Of a stretch of DNA of 64,000 nt, positions 1-8,825 are shown one piece after another; within the stretch, counting starts at the first letter, position 1; each line of letters begins with the position of its first letter. A model generated the notes under the pieces. The model was given only the letters and a program-made list of their open reading frames with translations, did no database searches and was not told the origin of the DNA. Both the position numbers and the translations under genes were made by a program. Origin of the DNA: Nitrosopumilus sp. (lineage in GTDB: Archaea > Thermoproteota > Nitrososphaeria > Nitrososphaerales > Nitrosopumilaceae); NCBI GenBank assembly GCA_965238275.1, contig OZ250186.1:256001-320000 (forward strand). The letters are read 5' to 3'.

Positions 1-323
1 CGTTCTTGTTTGCGTTCATGCGATCCAGTTCTCCGTCAGAGCCGGGATCCTTTTGCAGGTGGAGCAGCTTGCCCATCTCCACGTACCTGGCATCGTTTTG
101 GGCGTGCGTTATCTTTAGCCGCGATTTCTGCTTGGCCGGTTTTTCTTCATTCCTGTCCATGATTGCACACAGTTGATCTGATCCTTGTGCTTTTCTGCCT
201 AAGATGGTTGATCATCGTATTGATTTTTGTTGGCTTGTGTCGTCTTGACGGCGGCATGGGCAGACGGCGATGCCATTCTGGAATGACTGGCATGGATGCT
301 GGGCAGGGTTGTGAAACAAACTA
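1..323 (-). mobile_element. IS5-family element, partial copy running off the window (transposase 5' end, ATG at 160)
   Basis: Matches 1856-2178; ends in TIR GTTGTGAAACAAACTA at 323. Confidence 0.9.
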
Positions 324-425
324 GTCACGACTGCTGTTGCTGCTGCTGCTGCCTTGCAGTCGACTCATGACATGCAGCACGTTTGTGCGAACCAGCCAAA
401 AAACTACATGTTACAGCGATAACAT

Positions 426-689
426 TCAGAGCCCGAGATCCTTCTTCATCTCTAGGAACTCTTCCCGGGTTATCTCCCCGTTGGCGTATCTCCTTTTTAA
501 CACGGTCAGCGGATCATCTTGCTGCTGTTCTTGGGATGGCATGTTGCCTGCAATATTCTTGGACACCTTACTCGTCGCCTTGTTCACGCCGTCGGTAACC
601 GGCCCGTCAATCAGGTTGTCTGTAGCCTTGACCCCTTTGTCCAATGCCTTGCCGGCTCCCTTTATGGCCTTGCTCAAATACCCGCCCAT
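426..689 (-). CDS. Small SHOCT-domain protein
   Basis: C-terminal LKRRYANGEITREEFLEMKKDL matches the SHOCT pattern. Confidence 0.7.
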   Translation of the reverse strand: MGGYLSKAIKGAGKALDKGVKATDNLIDGPVTDGVNKATSKVSKNIAGNMPSQEQQQDDPLTVLKRRYANGEITREEFLEMKKDLGL

Positions 690-732
690 GCTACAGGTAG
701 CACATTATTGGATTTATGTGTATTTCTGGCGC

Positions 733-2178
733 TAGTTAGTTTCACAACTATGCCTTACCGTCATCCAAATTTCAACGACGCCAAAACATGGCCGTTTTGT
801 TCACGCCATCGCTATCGCCTCACGTGCCACTGCCAGCAGCATGTTGTATGTCCGGATCCTTATTGCAATCTCTTGTACTATGTTTTCCATCTTTACCGCG
901 TTGACCGAGCAGCCAAATATCCTTTTGAGTGACGAGAATACGATCTCTACCAGCCATCGCCGCCCGTACCCCACGCGCTCCTTCCATTCCTTTTGGTTGG
1001 AGACGCGTTCGTCCACGTCTAGCGAGGCCAGCTTCTTCGGACTGGGGTTGCTGCCACACATCTGATCCTGCGCGGCAAGCCCGCGCGTCCTGCCCACTCC
1101 ATTGGCCCGGCCGTTGGCGTTTTTCTTTATCCTGATGAGCGGCACGATGCCTAATCTGTGACAGTATTCGAATATCGCCCTCGTGTCGTATCCTGCATCT
1201 CCACGCAGTTCTATTACGATCTGCCCTCCCCCTGCGTGCATGACCGGGCAGAAAGGCACACGGCCGTACGGCCCGGTCGCGTTCTCGACGCCGGCCGCAC
1301 AGGATCCGTCCGGGACATCCCCGGCATCGGGATGATCCTTGCTTTGGGATTTTTTGGAACCTGCTGCACGCCGTGCTTCCCTTACCTTCGCCTTGCCGAC
1401 GCCGTCCCTGAGTCCTGCCGCATCCAGGCCGAGAATCTTCAGCGAGTCGTCTACGAGATCATTGAACTGGGACGAGTCGCCTTTCCTCTCGTCAGTCACC
1501 CTGAAGGCCAGTATTTCCCTCGTCTCCTGGTTTATCATGACGCTCAGCTTGATGAATCCGCGCACCTTTCTGTGCTTGTGGTGTATCCAGTCGCTGCGCG
1601 TGGAGGGTGCGAGTCCGGTGGCGTCAGGCACCAGGCACAAGACGTCGCTGCCGTTTTGGATTGCAGTCACGCCACCCTCCTGCCGCACTTTCATGCCGCG
1701 TATCCTTCTCCACAGTGTGACGTGGTCTGGGGCGTCCTCTTGGCCAAGTGCCGACATGGCCATCCCCTGACACATTCGGTACGACAGGGTGCCGTAGATT
1801 GAGCGTATTCCTGCAATTGCCATCACGGCCACGTCCGGGTACTGGTATGGGCGCCCGTTCTTGTTTGCGTTCATGCGATCCAGTTCTCCGTCAGAGCCGG
1901 GATCCTTTTGCAGGTGGAGCAGCTTGCCCATCTCCACGTACCTGGCATCGTTTTGGGCGTGCGTTATCTTTAGCCGCGATTTCTGCTTGGCCGGTTTTTC
2001 TTCATTCCTGTCCATGATTGCACACAGTTGATCTGATCCTTGTGCTTTTCTGCCTAAGATGGTTGATCATCGTATTGATTTTTGTTGGCTTGTGTCGTCT
2101 TGACGGCGGCATGGGCAGACGGCGATGCCATTCTGGAATGACTGGCATGGATGCTGGGCAGGGTTGTGAAACAAACTA
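733..2178 (-). mobile_element. IS5-family insertion sequence, 1446 bp
   Basis: TIRs TAGTT(A/T)GTTTCACAAC; 8-bp TSD TCTGGCGC at 725-732 and 2179-2186. Confidence 0.92.
801..2015 (-). CDS. IS5-family DDE transposase (404 aa)
   Basis: DATG, GDAGYD and GYGRRWLVEIVFSSLK motifs. Confidence 0.9.
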   Translation of the reverse strand: MDRNEEKPAKQKSRLKITHAQNDARYVEMGKLLHLQKDPGSDGELDRMNANKNGRPYQYPDVAVMAIAGIRSIYGTLSYRMCQGMAMSALGQEDAPDHVTLWRRIRGMKVRQEGGVTAIQNGSDVLCLVPDATGLAPSTRSDWIHHKHRKVRGFIKLSVMINQETREILAFRVTDERKGDSSQFNDLVDDSLKILGLDAAGLRDGVGKAKVREARRAAGSKKSQSKDHPDAGDVPDGSCAAGVENATGPYGRVPFCPVMHAGGGQIVIELRGDAGYDTRAIFEYCHRLGIVPLIRIKKNANGRANGVGRTRGLAAQDQMCGSNPSPKKLASLDVDERVSNQKEWKERVGYGRRWLVEIVFSSLKRIFGCSVNAVKMENIVQEIAIRIRTYNMLLAVAREAIAMA

Positions 2179-2296
2179 TCTGGCGCGTTCTGGTTATACC
2201 GTGCGTACACATTTGCATATGGCGTTGTCCGCATTCGGGTCGAGATGCGCCAAGGTCTGGTAAAGGACTAAATTATACGCGCCAGACATGAGGCTG

Positions 2297-2370
2297 GGGT
2301 CTATGGCGCAGCCAGGTAGCGCACCGGACTTTTAATCCGGCTGTCAAGGGTTCGAATCCCTTTAGACCCG
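2297..2370 (+). tRNA. tRNA-Lys (anticodon UUU)
   Basis: Acceptor stem GGGTCTA/TAGACCC; anticodon arm CCGGA-CTTTTAA-TCCGG; T-loop TTCGAAT. Confidence 0.95.
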
Positions 2371-2518
2371 CGTTATTAACGATGCTTTTATAGGTTCCAC
2401 ACGCATATGAATACATGAAGTTGGCAAAAGACGAGATCGTCAGGACGGGGGACGCGAATCCGCTGGACCTGTTCACGCAGGGCATAAGGACCGAGGCAAC
2501 GCGGGAAAAGTATACCAG

Positions 2519-3689
2519 AGACATAATCCGTAATTAGAAATTGTGCATATTTTCCTATATTGTGTAGGTTTTTGACTCCTACCCGATTGCTTCCCGGACT
2601 AGGAGAACCCTGAGGTTGGCAAATCCGCAAACGATGTCATTGATGGTGTCATATTTTTTCAGGCGGTTTCGGTAGACACCGCCCATTATGCGAAACCGTT
2701 TGACCCTGCGGATGGCGTGCTCCACATACACCCGTACCTTTGAGTGTTTTTTGTTGAATTCCTTCTGCTCGGGGGACAATTCTGCACCTTTTTGCTTCTT
2801 GTACGGCACTACGGCATCCCGGTCAGGAAACTCCTTGTTGATCCCCTGGTATCCGCCATCCAGGATCTCTCTGACCTTGATCCTTTTCTTGTCCTTGCTC
2901 CCGTCCTTGCGTGGAAGGTTGTCAGGGAATGTCGGGTGTTTCTTTTTGAATACTGCAAAGTCGTGGATCCTGCCCGGGGAATGCCGGGTCTTGTGAAGGA
3001 TGAGGCCGTCCGTGGCCGATGTGTACTGGACCTTGGACGTGTGCCTGTGTGCCTTGCCCGAGTAGTGGGACCGTTCCATGTCCTTGCGCCCGGGACGTTG
3101 TATCTGCTGCTCGGAGGCATCAATCAGGGCAGTCAGGCCCGGAATGATCTCCTCAAGATCGTCAAGCGTCTTGGTGGCCTTGATGCTGGCGTAGATCTTT
3201 GACGGAAGCGGAACGCACTGCCGGATCGACGGCTCCAGTGCCCCCATGCTGCGGGACACGCTAGCCTGGCCCACCTGAAACACCATGGCAAGAAGATCCT
3301 GTGTGGCGTATGTCCTGTAATAAAACAGGACCAGAAGAAACCTGTTTTTCAGATCCAGTTTCCACCTGCGTCCGGCACCAATGCCGCGCACCCTGCTTCT
3401 TTTGGAGAGTCGCTTTTGCTCTGCCCTGGGGTATTTTTTTGCCAGCCGCCCTGCCACCAAATTAAATTCGGAGACTGTCAGTCCAGTGCACCGGATGAAC
3501 AGTTTGGGCTTTTTTGCTAATTTGTCGTATAATGACATGCTTTGACATGGGCAATCAGAATAAAACACGGCTGACGTATAGTTTTGATCATCGGGTAAGT
3601 TCGAATTGACATGCAATTCCGTGCAATCAACCGGATTTGTCCTGCAATGCGTCCAATCGTGTGGTTATACCCAATTACGGATTATGTCT
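2519..3689 (-). mobile_element. IS5-family (ISL2/DDE_Tnp_4-type) insertion sequence
   Basis: 17-bp TIR AGACATAATCCGTAATT; 3-bp TSD CAG. Confidence 0.88.
2579..3616 (-). CDS. DDE_Tnp_4-type transposase (true start may be the ATG near 3538)
   Basis: IDASE, YSGK, DGGYQG and RVYVEHAIRRVK motifs. Confidence 0.88.
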   Translation of the reverse strand: MHVNSNLPDDQNYTSAVFYSDCPCQSMSLYDKLAKKPKLFIRCTGLTVSEFNLVAGRLAKKYPRAEQKRLSKRSRVRGIGAGRRWKLDLKNRFLLVLFYYRTYATQDLLAMVFQVGQASVSRSMGALEPSIRQCVPLPSKIYASIKATKTLDDLEEIIPGLTALIDASEQQIQRPGRKDMERSHYSGKAHRHTSKVQYTSATDGLILHKTRHSPGRIHDFAVFKKKHPTFPDNLPRKDGSKDKKRIKVREILDGGYQGINKEFPDRDAVVPYKKQKGAELSPEQKEFNKKHSKVRVYVEHAIRRVKRFRIMGGVYRNRLKKYDTINDIVCGFANLRVLLVREAIG

Positions 3690-5362
3690 CAGGACGCTAC
3701 GCAAGATAGTGTGCGAGTTCCTCGAGGAGATACTCGAGGGAACCTTTGAGGAACGCGTGGCACAGCTGGTCCGGCACGGCAGGGAGGAGCCGGAGTGGAC
3801 GCGCGACCTGCTGCTGAACCTGTCCAGAAAGATCCGGGAGAGGACAGTCCTACCGCACGACGACCCGAACTACCTCAACCCGGCATCATTTGCCAACTAT
3901 TTCAAGCCAATCAAGAAGCTCTTCGACATGACAGACGTGGCGATCCCGTGGAAGAGGATCTACGCCACGTACCCCGAGCTTGACAACGTGGCCGCATCGC
4001 GCGGATGGACCAGGGAGGAGATCGGCGCGATGGTCACGCACTCGCGCGACAGCATGGAGCGGGCCGTGGTGCTGGTGCTGGCAAGCTCCGGCATGCGGGC
4101 AGGGGGGCTGGACATGGAGTGGCGCGACATTACTCCCGTGTACCGCGCAGGCGACAGGCTCCTGCTGGATCCGGGGGCAGAAGGCCACGATATCGCGTGC
4201 GCCATGCTGGAGGTGTACCGGGGGTCGACCGAGAGTTACGTCACGTTCATAACGCCGGAGGCGTACGACGCCCTGCGGGAGTACGGCCGCGCGTGGGCCG
4301 AGAGGATGGGGCGCATGCCGGACCCGAAGGATCCGGTGTTTCTGATCAAGAAGGGTCCGCCCAAAAGGGCGTCATACAAGGTCCTCGGGCAGCTGCTCGA
4401 CAAGACGGCGGCGCGCGCCGGGCTGCGCGGAGGCAGGGCAAAGCAGGCAAGGAGATTCGACGTCCCGCTCATGAACGGGTTCCGCCGGTTCTGGAACAAG
4501 ACGTGCAAGGAGGCACTGTCCCAGGACTCGCCGCTGGCCTCGCTGATAAAAAAGGAGTTCATGATGGGCCACAGGGGACTGGTGCCGCTTGACAAAAACT
4601 ACTTCAAGACAACCGCGCTGGAGCTTGCGCGCGAGTACGTGGCAATCGTGCCCGACTTGACGATAAGCGACGTACCCAGACTCAAGCAGTCCACCAAGCG
4701 CATGTCCGAGAACATCCAAAAGCTCGAGTCTGACAAGGACGCCCGCATAAGGCAGCTCGAAGAAAAGGTAGTCGGGATGGAAAAATCCGGGCACAGGGAC
4801 GGGAAGGACGACGAGATAACGTTGCTGGAAGCCAAGGTGGCCCAGATGGAAAAGTCCGCAAGTAAGGCAGGCAAAAAAGATGACAGGGTACGGCTGCTCG
4901 AGGAAAAGGTAGCCCGAATGGAAAAACTGACCGCGTCTGCACTTGACATGGAAAGCCGCATCAGGGACTCCGAGAGGGACGTGAAACAGGCCGTCAAGGA
5001 GGACATCGGCAAACTGGCGGCACTGCTGGAAAGCCTGAAGGAACACTACGAGACGAACATGGAAGAGGTCAGGGCCTCAAAGAACAGACAGATAAACGAC
5101 CTCAAAAAGACGATAGAACGCCTGAAAAGCGGCGCAAAGTCAGACGCGCCGTCCGAGTACGAGATCAGGACCGCGCTGGACGAGACAGAAGACGACTGGT
5201 CAGATGGCCACGACCTGCCGTCCAGATCAGACTGAGCACGCCTTGTTGAAAACGTAACCTGAATTCCCATGTTATCGCTACACATTCCTGTGGATGACAA
5301 CCGGACCGGAACAGGTTTCGTGCAGATCCTGTCGCCGCGACATATTGGCAAAAAAATGGAAT

Positions 5363-6136
5363 TCAGAGGAACCCTCTTCTAGCCTTTTCTTTTCTGTCCT
5401 CTATATCCAGTTGTTCCTGCAACCACGCATGTCTTTTTTTCTCATATTCCGTTATCGGGGTCGTCCTGCCAATCGTGTACATTTTGTCTGACAATCCACA
5501 CGACTCGTCCAGTATCGCGTCCAGCCGCGTCTGGTTCCCCTTGATCTTGACCGGCCGCTGCCACGCGGGGCCGTCTTTCATTTCTGGCATTATGGTGCCC
5601 GCAGGCATTGTCTGTAGCTTCGGCTTGATCGTCTCTTGCATTGCCTGCGGTTTCGGCGTAATCGTCTCTTGTGCCTTTCCCGTCCGCCGCCTAGCTTCTG
5701 CCAGCACCAAGTTGTGCTTGGTCATCATCTCTCCCAAATCTTCCACCCTTTCCATGTCCTTGGTTAGCTCGTCGTTAAGGTCTTTGAGCCTTTCGTCTTC
5801 CTGTTTTGTCCTGTTCTTCTTCTCCATCAGCACCGCCGCCTCTGCCAGCATGTCGTTCCACCACCGCTTCTCGTCCCTGTTTCTCATGTAGCCTATCTTT
5901 TCCAGATCCCGTATCCTTTCGTCCTTTTCCATCTCCTTTTTCAACTGCTCCCGGATTCTTGCCTTGATCGTTTCCATATTTTCCTGCTTGTCCATGTACA
6001 ACCCGTCTTCATCCATCCTCACGTGCACCTTTGATCCCTTTTCAATACCCATCTGCTTTGCAGCCTTCTTCGGTATGCCAACGTATATGGTCGATTTGAC
6101 CTGCAATGCTGTCATTATCCACGTTGTCTCTTCCAT
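5363..6136 (-). CDS. AbrB/MazE/SpoVT-type DNA-binding protein with helical extension
   Basis: N-terminal VGIPKKAAKQMGIEKGSKVHV motif; paralog at 32565-33227. Confidence 0.7.
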   Translation of the reverse strand: MEETTWIMTALQVKSTIYVGIPKKAAKQMGIEKGSKVHVRMDEDGLYMDKQENMETIKARIREQLKKEMEKDERIRDLEKIGYMRNRDEKRWWNDMLAEAAVLMEKKNRTKQEDERLKDLNDELTKDMERVEDLGEMMTKHNLVLAEARRRTGKAQETITPKPQAMQETIKPKLQTMPAGTIMPEMKDGPAWQRPVKIKGNQTRLDAILDESCGLSDKMYTIGRTTPITEYEKKRHAWLQEQLDIEDRKEKARRGFL

Positions 6137-6214
6137 GCCGCGTGTTCCTGTTCAGAGTTTAAGAACATTGTGCGTCTTCCTATGCTACCGATGCTATCTA
6201 TGTCACAAATACCC

Positions 6215-6234
6215 GATTTGCAATATACTATTTT
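6215..6234. promoter_or_regulatory. Conserved 20-bp motif GATTTGCAATATACTATTTT upstream of AbrB gene 1
   Basis: Exact copy at 33290-33309 upstream of AbrB gene 2; both followed by TTCCCCCA. Confidence 0.6.
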
Positions 6235-6882
6235 ACCCATTTCCCCCAGTTTCTCAGCTTTTGGCAGTCAGATTTCCCAGTCCTCCGTTATTTTGTCATG
6301 GCAAAAGCGTCCATCATTTCCAGCATTACCAGCACATCTGGTTCCGGCCAATACTCGAACCCCTCGGCATCTGACCAATACACAGTCCAGAAGTCTGTTC
6401 CGTTTACCCAGTACCGACAGTCAATTCTTCCAGCCCATCCGGAATGACGTCCCCGGTTTTGTCCGCCATTGGTTGTCATGTGATCGCCGTACCGACATAA
6501 TCATTCACGTTGTCCCAAGATGAACCGGATACCTTCTGGTCCCCTCTCGCCCGCTCATACGTCTACAGGGAGACCAGTCTTCAGTCAGTGGTGATTACTC
6601 GGCTTTTGGCCCACGGTAGAATCCCCGACTCACACGGTTCGGGTTTGGCCTCTTGGTGGCTTTACCATACGCGGCTGATACCCCACACGGAAAGTCTGGC
6701 CTCTGGTTCATTCTCTGTAGATCACGTTGTCTCAGACATGTTTTGGCAACGTTTTGGCATCTTTGGACTTGGTCTAAGGGGTTTTCCCACATGGCCTAGC
6801 TTGACCCTCCCTTTGGCTTCATCCACTGTCATAACCGACTTCCAACTGGCTTGACGAGTCTTGAACTTGGCATGTATTCACA

Positions 6883-7003
6883 AGGGGGACTCGTTCATGT
6901 CTTGGAATGTAGGGGGACTCGTTCATGTCTTGGAATGTAGGGGGACTCGTTCATGTCTTGGAATGTAGGGGGACTCGTTCATGTCTTGGAATGTAGGGGG
7001 ACT
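6883..7003. repeat. Tandem repeat, 4 x 28 bp plus a partial copy (AGGGGGACTCGTTCATGTCTTGGAATGT)
   Basis: Identical units start at 6883, 6911, 6939 and 6967; partial unit at 6995; no spacers. Confidence 0.95.
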
Positions 7004-7624
7004 TGACGTGTTTACGACTTTACATTATTGAAGACATCAATTAGACCAATTCCCAAAGTCTGAAGCCCCGAAGGATCAACCAAGCTAGATCCCTCGGACA
7101 GCCGGTCTTTGAAAGTCCAGATGGATAAGACCTGGTGACAGCCTAACAAGCGGGCGGGGGTATGTAGTAGTATCATGATCGACTCTGTTGGAGTTGTATC
7201 CTGACGTTGTGCCCTGTTTGTATGGTGGATTGGTTCTATGGTGGAACGGCTTCCGAATTCTACGATGGTACGGTTGATTGGTTCATGGTGGAGCAGTATA
7301 GGTCTGGCCCTATTGGCTCTGAAGGGATGAATTGGTCAGAACAAACCGGAACTGTGGGGCAGTGGAGGGATGGAAGGTAGGGAACAGCCTCTTCACAACT
7401 GAGGACCCCCAGTGAGGCTCCCAAACGTCCCATTTCCAGAATCCCATTCAGGGAATACCCACCCACCACCCGAGTTTTAATTGGCAGACGCCGGCAACGT
7501 AAGGCCGCCTCCGCCCTTAGGCTCCGGCGGTTAACGATGATACCATCAGCAGTATCAACACTGGACGATATCACGACGACATGACATGACATGGACAAGA
7601 GAAAGGGGGCTAATCATGTTCACA

Positions 7625-7746
7625 AGAACCCCGTAACGGGGTTCTATCCATGTCGAATCCATTGGATTCGACGATACAAGAATTCCGTAACGGAATTCTA
7701 TACACGAACCGCCATCGGCGGTTCTATATCAATTCGGCTTCGCCGA
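7625..7746. repeat. Array of 5 short perfect inverted repeats with 3-nt loops, ~27-bp period
   Basis: AGAACCCCG-TAA-CGGGGTTCT, GTCGAATCC-ATT-GGATTCGAC, AGAATTCCG-TAA-CGGAATTCT, GAACCGCC-ATC-GGCGGTTC, TCGGC-TTC-GCCGA. Confidence 0.9.
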
Positions 7747-8040
7747 TATTACTTCATGTCTTGAGTGGGCAATGATTTAAGGGGAAACAATCTATGGTGA
7801 CGAATAGTACTCGGACGCCGCCACAAGACGCACGGATACGCCAAAAAATCGTCAACAACAACTTGACCGACTACACCACTTGACTGATTATCGCCGGAGC
7901 GAGTAGAGGCGACCCAACTAGGACAATCATCAACATAACCATGAATCATGAGGCGGGCATACAAATGAAGCACCCTACAGAATCAGTAGATCAAGCCGCA
8001 TGACACCGCTGATATCTTCAAGCATACTGCAATAGCGGGT

Positions 8041-8712
8041 TTAGGTTTGTTTTGGAACAAGCATGCCCAACGACAAAAACATGTCCGACCTTGGTTTCAG
8101 CATCGCCCATTCATGAAACGTGTTCCTGTGTCCATGGATTACAGACATCGTACGCATCTTCCAAGAATCTTTCCTTAGGAAGCCATCCGGATTCCTCTGG
8201 AGTTGGTACATCATGACATGCAGTACATACAAACCTGCCAATGCAAGGTAGGCATTCCCCACACTGCCTGATACGTATCCATCCGGCAAGCGATGTTTTG
8301 AATCATTGTATGCCGTCCACCATTTCGGCATTTTTCCACAACGGGGATTCATGTGAGGATCGTCATGCTCGTAGTGGTGAATGCATGCAAAGTCGCACGA
8401 AAATGGCTTTATCGCATTCCATTCCGTACGCGTCCTAAAGGCCACTTTCTGGTTACTCAGCACACCTTCATGATCCAGATCGGCATACAGAGCAGCGGCG
8501 ACCTTGTCGCTTTTAGAAAAGCACGCCTCATGCATGATTCTCGCGATTCCCTCAATCTGACTGCATGTACTTTGCAGGATTTCATACAGACGAGGCGAGA
8601 ACGTGTCTGGGTGGTTTTCCAGGGGGATTATTCTAGTGATCTCGTTGAATGACCATTCCAAATACCTGTAGTATTCTTCAAATCTGAGCATCCTGTTATC
8701 CGGATCATCCAT
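8041..8712 (-). CDS. Hypothetical protein, possibly HEPN-like
   Basis: 223-aa ORF co-oriented with the helicase; CSQIE and PKWWTAYNDSKH motifs. Confidence 0.55.
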   Translation of the reverse strand: MDDPDNRMLRFEEYYRYLEWSFNEITRIIPLENHPDTFSPRLYEILQSTCSQIEGIARIMHEACFSKSDKVAAALYADLDHEGVLSNQKVAFRTRTEWNAIKPFSCDFACIHHYEHDDPHMNPRCGKMPKWWTAYNDSKHRLPDGYVSGSVGNAYLALAGLYVLHVMMYQLQRNPDGFLRKDSWKMRTMSVIHGHRNTFHEWAMLKPRSDMFLSLGMLVPKQT

Positions 8713-8825
8713 GCCCGGCCTAGAATTTCGTAAAATAAGACTGTTGGTCTGTAGGCAACGTCAGTCTCGGGTATCTTTTGGTGTGTATTGTCATGCAGGT
8801 ATTGACTGCCCATAAAAATTCCAAA

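Larger units (their letters stand above)
2415..5235 (+). pseudogene. Tyrosine integrase/recombinase with C-terminal coiled coil, interrupted by an IS at 2519-3689
   Basis: Removing the IS and one CAG restores MKLAKDEIVRTG...EKYT-RTLRKIVCEFLEE in frame; SSGMR, GFRRF and MMGH...Y motifs. Confidence 0.85.

Noticed and set aside
1-2178. Composite transposon carrying the SHOCT gene
   Set aside because: The second IS copy has its own TSD, so it inserted independently.
6883-7003. CRISPR array
   Set aside because: The units are contiguous with no spacers, and no cas genes are present.
6170-7973. Short ORFs in module 1 (including 6288-6479)
   Set aside because: No recognisable motifs; a small real gene cannot be excluded but is unsupported.
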